Assembly: GCA_041687695.1 (NCBI GenBank) | Contig: JAWLBL010000008.1 | Coordinates: 64,001 to 128,000 of the forward strand | From: Myxococcota bacterium | GTDB lineage: Bacteria; Myxococcota_A; UBA9042; PHBI01; JAWLBL01 | Length of the DNA stretch: 64,000 nt | Direction of reading: 5' to 3' | Shown here: in pieces, positions 19,755 to 27,678 of the stretch | Numbering within the stretch: the first letter of the stretch is position 1 | How the letters are laid out: each line of letters opens with the position of its first letter | Translations under genes and position numbers: made by a program | The notes under the pieces: model-generated | Seen by the model: only the letters and a program-made list of their open reading frames with translations | Told to the model about the DNA's origin: nothing | Databases searched by the model: none

Positions 19755-20728
19755 GCGGGGGCGCCTGCGGGCTCGAAGGACAGCCGCGCCGGGCCGCCGT
19801 CGGCCGGGACCTCGAGCACGCCGCGCAGGTGGCTGCCGCGGCCGAAGGGCAGGGGGGCGTTGGCCGAGTCGTGGGTCACGGGGGCGCCGGCGGCCACCGG
19901 GATGCCCAGGCGGGGCGCGAGGTCGGCGAAGAACGCGTCGATCAGGACGCGCTGGTCGTCCGAGACGGCCGTGAAGCCGCCCAGGACCAGGCCGGCGGCT
20001 TCCTCGAGCCCGCCCGACAGGCGGAGCTGGGTGAAGAGGCGATCGATCTTGTAGACCGGCTCGCCCGTGTCCTCGAGGACGACGATGCGGCCCCGGAGAT
20101 CGGCGGCGAAGGGCGTGCCGACCAGCGAGCTGACGACGCAGAGGTTGCCGCCGGCCAGGGCGCCCGTCGCGCGGCCGGGGGCGAGGGGGCGCAGGCCCTC
20201 GAGGGGTGCGACGTGGCCGGCGTGCCAGGCGGCGCGCACGCGGGCGAGGCTGGTCGTGTCCAGGCGCGAGAACTGGCTGAGCGGGGGCCCGTGCCAGGCG
20301 GGCCAGCCGAGGCGGTCCCAGGCGGCCAGCAGGGCCGTGCCATCGCTGAAGCCCCACAGCGGTGCGGGCGGCGAGGCGGCGAGGCGTTCGCCCAGCGTCT
20401 CGAGGGTGCGCACGGCGCCGTAGCCGCCGCGGACCATCCAGAGGGCGGCGGGTTGCTCGGCGAGCGCGGCGAGGAGCTCGTCGGCGCGCCGGGCGTCGGA
20501 GCCGGCCAGGTAGTCGCCGGTCGCCAGGACGCCGGCGGCGTCGCCCGGCGCGTGCTCGTCGCCGTCCCAGGCGAGCGGGATGCCCAGGGCCTGCATGGCC
20601 GCGAGGCCCTCGTCGAAGGTGACCCGCTTGATCGGGCCGCTGGGCGCGACGAGGCGGGCGAGGGCGCGCGCGGCCGGCGCGTCCTCCCGCGCGTCATCGG
20701 GCGGCGGCGTGGACGGCGGCGCCGCCAA
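19751..20728 (-). CDS. LD-carboxypeptidase (peptidase S66, LdcA/MccF family)
   Basis: VAPSGP, YLAGSDARRA, RGGYGA, GFSDGTAL, GGNL and LEDTGE motifs. TTG start at 20728 inferred. Confidence 0.85.
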   Translation of the reverse strand: MAAPPSTPPPDDAREDAPAARALARLVAPSGPIKRVTFDEGLAAMQALGIPLAWDGDEHAPGDAAGVLATGDYLAGSDARRADELLAALAEQPAALWMVRGGYGAVRTLETLGERLAASPPAPLWGFSDGTALLAAWDRLGWPAWHGPPLSQFSRLDTTSLARVRAAWHAGHVAPLEGLRPLAPGRATGALAGGNLCVVSSLVGTPFAADLRGRIVVLEDTGEPVYKIDRLFTQLRLSGGLEEAAGLVLGGFTAVSDDQRVLIDAFFADLAPRLGIPVAAGAPVTHDSANAPLPFGRGSHLRGVLEVPADGGPARLSFEPAGAPA

Positions 20729-20730
20729 GG

Positions 20731-22086
20731 TCAGCGGCCCCCGGAGACGAGGCGCAGGCCGGGCTTGCGGGCGCGTTCGGTGGCCTGGGCGGCCTCGGCG
20801 GCCTGCTTGGGCTGCGACTCCTTGAGGAAGTCGGCGCCGTCGCCCATGCGCGACAGGCCGACGTCCATGCCGTAGGCGGCGAAGATCTTGCGCAGCGTCT
20901 CGTAGTGCTTCTCGAGCGAGGCGCGCACCGACTCGTAGCCGTGCTGGGCGGCCTCCTGCCGGCGCCAGAAGGCGACCGGGTTCATCGCGAAGAAGCGCGA
21001 GTCGGTCTCGGTCGGCTCGATGAGGATGACGTCGCCGCGGAAGCTGTCGTCGAGGCGCAGCTTCTCGATGCCCAGGCGCAGTCGACTGTGCAGCAGCGTG
21101 CGGAAGGCCTGGTTGATGATGGCCCACATGCCCAGATCCGCGATGGACCGCCGGTCGCTGGAGGTCAGGCGGTGGCGGTAGTTCACGAACGGGCGGAAGG
21201 GGTTGTAGCAGACGACGAGATCGGCGCCGTGGCGCACCGCCGTCGAGATGTTGGCGGTCTTGCGGACGGCGGCGTCGAGGTAGTCCTGCTCGCGGCCGGC
21301 CGGGCCCACGCGGGCCGGCTTGAAGAAGCCCGGGATGGCGGTGGAGGCCTGCACGGCCTCGCTGATGGTGACCGAGGTGTCCTCGTCGTGGCCGAAGACG
21401 ACGCCCTGGGCCGTGTTGAGGTTGGTCGCGCCGATGTAGAGGCTCTTGCCCGTCTGCAGCTTGAGCTGGCGGAAGTTGTTGGGCAGCTCGTTGCGCTCGA
21501 GGTTGTGGCGGATGTAGCGCTCGATGCGCGCGTTGTCGAACAGGCCCGAGGGCAGGTAGCCGCCGCGCTGGCCCCAGGGGCGCTCGAGCAGCTCCGCGAC
21601 GAAGGGCTCGAGCAGGGCCTCGGCCAGCTCGAGCGAGGGCTCGTCCAGAAAGCGCCGGGCGCGGCGGCGGAGATCCCGCTGGTGGCGGGGCAGCAGCTGC
21701 AGGCACTTGTAGCCCAGGCGCGGGCCGTAGGTGACGAGATCGTGGGCCAGGTTGGTCGGCCGGGTGACGAACTCGCGCCAGTTGGGCAGGTAGAAGTCGA
21801 CCGGCTTGAACATGGTCAGGCGCCCGGTCGAGCCGCGGATGGCGGCGACGAGCTCCTCGGCGGCGAAGCCGGCCGACAGGGGCGCGGCGAGGAAGGCCCC
21901 CGCCGAGATGCCCATGTACATGTCGAAGTCGGTGACCTTGAACTGCGAGAAGAACCGGTCGAGGGCGAGCAGGCCGCCCACCTTGAACGCGCCGCCCGAG
22001 ATGGCGCCGCCGGCGAGCACGAGGGCGCGGCGGGCGTTGGGTCGCGGGCGCGACAGGTCCGACTTCTGGACGATGGTGATGCCCAA
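20731..22086 (-). CDS. Patatin-like phospholipase
   Basis: LVLAGGAISGG oxyanion motif, GISAG nucleophile, ASTAIPG and YLDAA (DGG-equivalent). TTG start at 22086 with GGAGG RBS. Confidence 0.85.
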   Translation of the reverse strand: MGITIVQKSDLSRPRPNARRALVLAGGAISGGAFKVGGLLALDRFFSQFKVTDFDMYMGISAGAFLAAPLSAGFAAEELVAAIRGSTGRLTMFKPVDFYLPNWREFVTRPTNLAHDLVTYGPRLGYKCLQLLPRHQRDLRRRARRFLDEPSLELAEALLEPFVAELLERPWGQRGGYLPSGLFDNARIERYIRHNLERNELPNNFRQLKLQTGKSLYIGATNLNTAQGVVFGHDEDTSVTISEAVQASTAIPGFFKPARVGPAGREQDYLDAAVRKTANISTAVRHGADLVVCYNPFRPFVNYRHRLTSSDRRSIADLGMWAIINQAFRTLLHSRLRLGIEKLRLDDSFRGDVILIEPTETDSRFFAMNPVAFWRRQEAAQHGYESVRASLEKHYETLRKIFAAYGMDVGLSRMGDGADFLKESQPKQAAEAAQATERARKPGLRLVSGGR

Positions 22087-22223
22087 GCAGGCCTCCGTGA
22101 CGCGGTCAGGCGCCTGATAGTCTAGGGGCCCTCGCGGCCGCGCGGCAAGAAGCCCGCCGCGCGACCGGCGTCGTGGCCCAGGGGTACAGCCGCGCCGAGC
22201 GCGTCCGCATTCCCGGCGGGCGC

Positions 22224-22853
22224 TCAGCGTCGCTTGGCTTCGCGCAGCGGCCGATCGGGGTCGAGGTCCAGCAGGTGACAGGCGATGTCCGTCACGAGGG
22301 CCAGGATCTCGACGCGCGCCGCCTCGACGGAGGCCGCGCCGAGCATGATCCGGTTGTCCTCGGGGCGGTTGGTCACGAAGCGCGTGACGAGGTGCACCAG
22401 CGCGACCACGGCCCGCCGGACGGCCGGGACCGGCCGATCGATGGTGCGCGCGATGAGGTGCGCCAGCATGTCGGTGGTCGGGCCGACGCGACGCTCGCGC
22501 AGCTTCCAGTCGAGGCCGCCGCCCTCCATGATGCCGCGGATGAGGACGCGCACCGCGTCCCGGTGCACCTCGGCGAAGGCGAAGATCGCCTCGACGATCA
22601 CCGCGGGCGGGGCGCCGAGGTCGAGCTCGCGGGCGAGGCGCGACACGTCGCCGTAGATCCGGTCGACGACCGCGTCGTACAGGCCCTGCTTGTCGCCGAA
22701 GTGATAGCTCAGCGCGGCTGGCGTGACGCCGGCGCGTGTGGCAATCTGATGCAGCGAGCCCCCGCTGTAGCCGGCGTCCGCGAAGACGGTCGTCGCCGCC
22801 TCCAGCGCCGCCTCGCGCGTCGCCTCGCGCGTCCTGCCCTTGATGCGTGCCAT
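22224..22853 (-). CDS. TetR/AcrR family transcriptional regulator
   Basis: N-terminal HTH AATTVFADAGYSGGSLHQIATRAGVTPAALSYHFGDKQGLY; GAGGGG RBS. Confidence 0.9.
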   Translation of the reverse strand: MARIKGRTREATREAALEAATTVFADAGYSGGSLHQIATRAGVTPAALSYHFGDKQGLYDAVVDRIYGDVSRLARELDLGAPPAVIVEAIFAFAEVHRDAVRVLIRGIMEGGGLDWKLRERRVGPTTDMLAHLIARTIDRPVPAVRRAVVALVHLVTRFVTNRPEDNRIMLGAASVEAARVEILALVTDIACHLLDLDPDRPLREAKRR

Positions 22854-22884
22854 GGTCACCCCCCTCGGTGGCGCTGGACCCGAT

Positions 22885-22918
22885 CAATGAATTAAACGCT
22901 ATGTTAATTTTGCGCAAG
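22885..22918 (-). promoter_or_regulatory. AT-rich tetR promoter region with candidate autoregulatory operator
   Basis: aattaa-N8-ttaatt inverted repeat (22890-22909) in an otherwise very GC-rich background; TTGCGC -35-like hexamer on the minus strand. Confidence 0.5.
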
Positions 22919-23329
22919 GCCACGGAGCGCTTTCACAGACCTGATCGGTCAGCGGTGGCGGTGACCCCTTTCCGAGTCCGCTGACCGAATCCGTGGCCCG
23001 GCTCCGTGGCTGTGTCGGCGCACCGATTCCGTCCGCCGTAGCCGCGCTACGACCGCCGCCGCCGCTCCGACCGCCAGCGATTCAGCCTGGAGGGAGCGGC
23101 CGTTCCGAACCACACCTTCGTTCTGCAGGGGGAGCCATCCTTTCGTGTCAGTGGATGTGGCCCCACCCCTGCGACCCTCCCGCGTCCTCTGACGCGATGG
23201 ATGGCTTCCTCAGCGACGAGGCCTGTGCCCAGCCCAGCTCAGCGCCCGACCGAGCGCGCAGCGAGCTGCGCGACCCACGAGCACGAGCAAGCTCGTGCAG
23301 TCCGACCGAAGCGTCCCGATGATGACCGT

Positions 23330-23624
23330 GGCCACGGCCTACGGCCTCGGCGACGGCCACGGCCTACGGCCTCGGCCACGGCCTACGGCCTCGGCCACGG
23401 CCTACGGCCTCGGCGACGGCCACGGCCTACGGCCTCGGCGACGGCCTCGGCGACGGCCACGGCCTACGGCCTCGGCGACGGCCTCGGCGACGGCCACGGC
23501 CTACGGCCTCGGCCACGGCCTACGGCCTCGGCGACGGCCTACGGCCTCGGCGACGGCCACGGCCTACGGCCTCGGCGACGGCCACGGCCTACGGCCTCGG
23601 CCACGGTCTCGGCGACGGCCACGG
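23330..23624. repeat. Modular GC-rich minisatellite built from cggcca / cggccta / cggcct / cggcga units
   Basis: 11 copies of the 13-mer cggcctacggcct interleaved with cggcga and cggcca hexamers; intergenic. Confidence 0.9.
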
Positions 23625-23840
23625 TAGCCGGCCTTGAGCGAAGTCGTGCAGCTGAGCCCTTGGATCATGAACAAGCCCGGACCGCCAGCATCCACGCTAC
23701 GAGCCGCCCGGTTGCCGAGCCCGATCACCAATCAGGTCTAGGCGCTTTCGTGGGCGCGACGCGTAACCTTCGTCGGCGCTGGCTGACTCGAGGGCGCTGG
23801 CACGCGCGCGGGTGCGGGCGCCCCGCGCGCCTCGCCGGCC

Positions 23841-25640
23841 TCAGCGACGGCCCAGGGCGACGCGGCCGATGAAGCTGCGGACGTAGGCCAGTTGGCTCGA
23901 GGCGAGGTGCTTGACCGCCGTGAGGCGTCCGGCCTCGGCCGTCAGGCGACCCAGCGTGCCCTCGGCGTACAGCTCGGCGGCCTTGCGCCGCTGCAGCTTG
24001 CCCGAGCTGGTCTTCGGCAGGCCGCCCGGCGGCAGGACGACGATGTCCGCCACCTTCAGGCCCATCCCCTCGCTCACCGCCGCGCGCACGCTCTGCGCGA
24101 CCTCCTCGTGGTCGGCGTCCTTGCGCGCCTCGAGGACCAGCACCAGCTCCTCGGTGTCGCCGCGCGCGGCGCCGAAGGCGATGGCGTTGCCGGTGCGCAC
24201 CCCGGGCAGCTCCCAGACCAGGTGCTCGATGTCCTGCGGGTAGTAGTTCTTGCCGCCGATGATGATGAGCTCCTTTTTGCGCCCGCAGACGTAGACCTCG
24301 CCATCGGCGATGTAGCCAAGGTCGCCCGTGTGCAGCCAGCCGCCCCGCAGGACCTGGGCCGTGGCTTCGGCGTTGTCGAAGTAGCCCGGCATGATGCTGG
24401 GGCCGCGCACCACGATCTCGCCCACGGCGCGCTCGCCCAGCTGGCGCCCGGCGTCGTCGACCACGGCGATGGCGTGCTTGGAGAAGGGCTTGCCGCAGCT
24501 GACGATGCGCTGCGCTTCGCCGTCGGGCAGGGGCCGCGCCGCCTCGTGGCGGTGCACCAGCGCCTGCGCGTCGACCAGATCGGTGCGCATCCCGGTGCCC
24601 GGGTCGGCGAAGCTGACCGCCAGCGTCGCCTCGGCCATGCCGTACGACGGGAACAGGCTGCTCGCCGAGAAGCCGGCGGGGCCGAAGCGGTCCACGAAGG
24701 CCTCGAGGGTGTCGGGGCGGATGGGCTCGGCGCCGCAGCCGGCGATGCGCCAGCTCGACAGATCCAGGCGGGCCAGCTGCTCGTCGCGCACACGCCGGGT
24801 GCACAGGCCGTAGGCGAAGTTCGGCGCGTAGGTGATGGTGCCCTTGTGACGGCTGATGGCCTCGAGCCACAGGTGCGGGCGCTTCAGGAAGGTCAGCGGC
24901 GCCATGCTGACCATGCGGACCTGATAGAAGAAGGGGGTCAGCACGAAGCCGATGAGCCCCATGTCGTGGTACAGCGGCAACCACGACACGCCGCAGTCGT
25001 CCGGGCCGACGCTCAGCGCCTCGCCGCCGATGCAGCGGCTGTTCTCGGCGAGGCCCCCGTGGGTGACCATCACGCCCTTGGGGCGCGAGGTGGAGCCCGA
25101 GGTGAACTGGATGAAGCACAGGTCCTCGGGCGCGACCTCGGCCATCGGCGCCTCGGGGCCCGGGCCGGTCAGCGCGTCGACGACGGCGACCTCGCGCAGA
25201 TCGGGGCACTGCACGAGCAGGCTGCCGAGCACCTTGTGGACCGTCTTGTCGGTGACGACGCCCTTGGCGCGGGCGGCGCGGACGATGTGGACCGCGTTGT
25301 CCAGGTAGCCGCCCAGCTTGCCGAGGCCCAGCGGGGGGTAGATGGGCACCGGGACCACGCCGGTCCAGATGGCGCCCAGGAACACCGACAGGAAGTCCTC
25401 GGTCTCGGGCAGCACCACGACCAGCCGGTCACCTTTGCGGTAACCGCGTTGCCCCAGCTGGTGGGCCACGCGGCGGGCGCGCCGGACCAGCTCCGCATAG
25501 GGCACCATGCGCTCGCCGCCGGCTTCGTCGATGAACGTGTATCCGTGGGACTCGACCGCGCCGGCCGCGGCGATGGCCGCGCTGAGGGTCGGGTGGGGGG
25601 GCTCGCAGGCGGGGGCGGGGCCCTCTAGGATGACCGCCAT
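23841..25640 (-). CDS. Fatty acyl-AMP ligase (FAAL)
   Basis: FIQFTSGSTSRPKG, SWLPLYHDMGLIG, YGMAEATLAVSF followed by a FAAL-type insertion before VSCG, LHTGDLG and LPKTSSGKLQR. Confidence 0.9.
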   Translation of the reverse strand: MAVILEGPAPACEPPHPTLSAAIAAAGAVESHGYTFIDEAGGERMVPYAELVRRARRVAHQLGQRGYRKGDRLVVVLPETEDFLSVFLGAIWTGVVPVPIYPPLGLGKLGGYLDNAVHIVRAARAKGVVTDKTVHKVLGSLLVQCPDLREVAVVDALTGPGPEAPMAEVAPEDLCFIQFTSGSTSRPKGVMVTHGGLAENSRCIGGEALSVGPDDCGVSWLPLYHDMGLIGFVLTPFFYQVRMVSMAPLTFLKRPHLWLEAISRHKGTITYAPNFAYGLCTRRVRDEQLARLDLSSWRIAGCGAEPIRPDTLEAFVDRFGPAGFSASSLFPSYGMAEATLAVSFADPGTGMRTDLVDAQALVHRHEAARPLPDGEAQRIVSCGKPFSKHAIAVVDDAGRQLGERAVGEIVVRGPSIMPGYFDNAEATAQVLRGGWLHTGDLGYIADGEVYVCGRKKELIIIGGKNYYPQDIEHLVWELPGVRTGNAIAFGAARGDTEELVLVLEARKDADHEEVAQSVRAAVSEGMGLKVADIVVLPPGGLPKTSSGKLQRRKAAELYAEGTLGRLTAEAGRLTAVKHLASSQLAYVRSFIGRVALGRR

Positions 25641-25875
25641 GGCTGGGCGCCTCCGTACCGAGCAAGCGCTCGGAAAGTCAATGATTTCAAGGTTGAACGG
25701 AAGTGGCGCGGAAGCTACCCGCCCCCCCGGTGGGTGTCAAACCGAAACCACGATGGGCGCGGCGGCCGCGTCGCGGCGGGTTTCGCCAAAACGAAACGGG
25801 CGCCAGCGGCCCGGAGCCGCGCCCCCAGTGGCCGCGATGGCCCTCCAGACGCCCTGCCGGCTGGGCCGCGGGCCA

Positions 25876-25904
25876 TTGACCCCGCCGCCCGCGCCGCCTA
25901 TAAG
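25876..25904 (+). promoter_or_regulatory. Putative sigma70 promoter for the ompA-family gene
   Basis: TTGACC-N17-TATAAG. Confidence 0.45.
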
Positions 25905-25967
25905 CGCCCGGTTGCAACGAGGCGGATGGCCGCGGCGCGTCGCGAGCCACCCTGCGCGGAGTGCGTG

Positions 25968-27227
25968 ATGCCCAGAGCTCTTCAGTCCCTCCTGGCCGCG
26001 GCCGTCGTCGCGGCGACCCCCGCCGTCGCGTCCGCGCAGTCGGCCGTCACCGCCCGCTCCGCCGACCTCGGCGTCGACATGGGCGGCCTGTTCTTCCTCG
26101 GCGGCGCCGAAGGCCTCAGCGACACGTTCGCCTACCGGATCGCGGGCGCCTACAACTTCACGCGCCACATCGCCGCCCACCTGGGCGTCGACTTCTCACC
26201 GCGCGAGGTCAACCAGGTCTCGGTGACCCACGTGCACCTCGCGGCCCTGTACCGCCCGCTCTCGCACGCCTGGTTCGTCCCGTTCGTCGGCGCCGGCCCC
26301 AGCCTCGCCGTGACCACGCCCAAGGACGGCGACGCCGACGTCGACCCGGCGGTCAGCGCGATGGCCGGCGTCGACCTGTACCCCTGGGAGCGCGTCGGCT
26401 TCCGCGCCTCCACGCGCTACATGGCGCGCTTCGGCACCGACGACGACGAGACGACCTCGCACGACCTCATCGCCTCGCTGGGCATGTTCGTCACCTTCGG
26501 CGACCAGGCCCCGACCGGGCCCATCCTGCTCGACACCGACGGCGACGGCTTCCTCGATCCCGACGACCTGTGCGTCAACGTCCCGGGCCACGCCAGCGCC
26601 CAGGGCTGCCCCGACATCGACGGCGACACCATCGTCGACGCGGACGACCGCTGCCCGAACGACCCCGGCACCAAGGCCCTCGCCGGCTGCCCCGACAAGG
26701 ACGGCGACGACATCGCGGATCTGGACGACCGCTGCCCCGACGTCCCCGGCACGCCGGCCCACAAGGGCTGCCCCGACCTCGACGGCGACGACATCGCCGA
26801 TCTGGACGACCGCTGCCCCAAGATCCCGGGTGACAAGCGCTTCGGCGGCTGCCCGCCGCCGCCGCCCGAGGAGGTCGTCAAGAAGTACTCGGGCGCCATC
26901 GCCGGCATCACCTTCAAGTACGACTCGGCCGAGATCGAGCCCAGCTCCTTCCCGGTGCTCGACGAGGCGGCGGCCGTGCTGGCCGAGTACGCGCACCTGG
27001 TCGTGCTCATCGAGGGCCACACCTCGGCCGAGGGCAGCGCCCAGTACAACCAGGAGCTGTCGCAGCGCCGCGCCGAGTCGGTCCGCCAGTACCTGGTGGA
27101 CAAGGGCATCGCGGCCGAGCGCCTGCAGGCCAAGGGCTTCGGCAAGGACAACCCGGTGGCGACCAACGACACCGAGGAAGGCCGCGCCCAGAACCGCCGC
27201 ATCGAGTTCAAGATCCTCGTCCAGTAG
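25968..27227 (+). CDS. OmpA-family outer membrane protein: beta-barrel, 4 TSP3-like Ca-binding repeats, OmpA C-terminal domain
   Basis: Signal peptide (AVASA-Q); four 27-aa DxDGD...DxC...GCP repeats; IEGHT, NQELSQRRAESV and GRAQNRRIEF motifs. Confidence 0.9.
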   Translation: MPRALQSLLAAAVVAATPAVASAQSAVTARSADLGVDMGGLFFLGGAEGLSDTFAYRIAGAYNFTRHIAAHLGVDFSPREVNQVSVTHVHLAALYRPLSHAWFVPFVGAGPSLAVTTPKDGDADVDPAVSAMAGVDLYPWERVGFRASTRYMARFGTDDDETTSHDLIASLGMFVTFGDQAPTGPILLDTDGDGFLDPDDLCVNVPGHASAQGCPDIDGDTIVDADDRCPNDPGTKALAGCPDKDGDDIADLDDRCPDVPGTPAHKGCPDLDGDDIADLDDRCPKIPGDKRFGGCPPPPPEEVVKKYSGAIAGITFKYDSAEIEPSSFPVLDEAAAVLAEYAHLVVLIEGHTSAEGSAQYNQELSQRRAESVRQYLVDKGIAAERLQAKGFGKDNPVATNDTEEGRAQNRRIEFKILVQ

Positions 27228-27337
27228 CGTTCGAGCCTGCGGTGGCCCGCGGCGGCGCGCTCGGAGATGCCTCCGGCGCGCCGCTCGCGCATCCGGGCCC
27301 GGCCGCCAGGACCGAACGCCCGTTCTGGAAAACCCCT

Positions 27338-27366
27338 TTGACATCGCGGGCCCGGCGCCCTATGCC
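27338..27366 (+). promoter_or_regulatory. Putative sigma70 promoter for the acp-spt pair
   Basis: TTGACA-N17-TATGCC about 65 nt upstream of the ACP start. Confidence 0.5.
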
Positions 27367-27431
27367 GGTGCCCTCCCGAGGCCGCCCTCCGGGCGCGGCC
27401 TCTCTCCCCGAGACAGCGAGCGGAAAGAGAC

Positions 27432-27668
27432 ATGGCGAACGTGGACGTCGTGGCGCTGTTCAAGCGCGTCGCCTCCGAGGTCGAGCGCAAGGACTTCTCG
27501 AACATCACCCGCGACACGCGCGTGACCGACCTGGGCGTGGACTCCGTCACGATGATGGAGATCGTCGGGATGATGGAGGACGAGCTCGGCATCCAGATCC
27601 CGGACACCAAGCTGTCGGGGCTGCAGACCGTGGGCGACATCGAGCGCGTCGTCCTCGAGCGCCTGTAG
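27432..27668 (+). CDS. Acyl carrier protein
   Basis: 78 aa acidic protein with DLGVDSV phosphopantetheine site and TVGDI C-terminal motif. Confidence 0.9.
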   Translation: MANVDVVALFKRVASEVERKDFSNITRDTRVTDLGVDSVTMMEIVGMMEDELGIQIPDTKLSGLQTVGDIERVVLERL

Positions 27669-27678
27669 GGATCGGGCG

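Noticed and set aside
23330..23624. Possible CRISPR array (also considered for 34333-34719)
   Set aside because: No constant repeat with unique spacers and no cas genes in the window.
23201..23872. ORFs across the minisatellite (ATAYGLGDGHG repeats)
   Set aside because: Repeat units of 13, 19 and 25 nt rotate the same peptides through all frames; no RBS or domain evidence.
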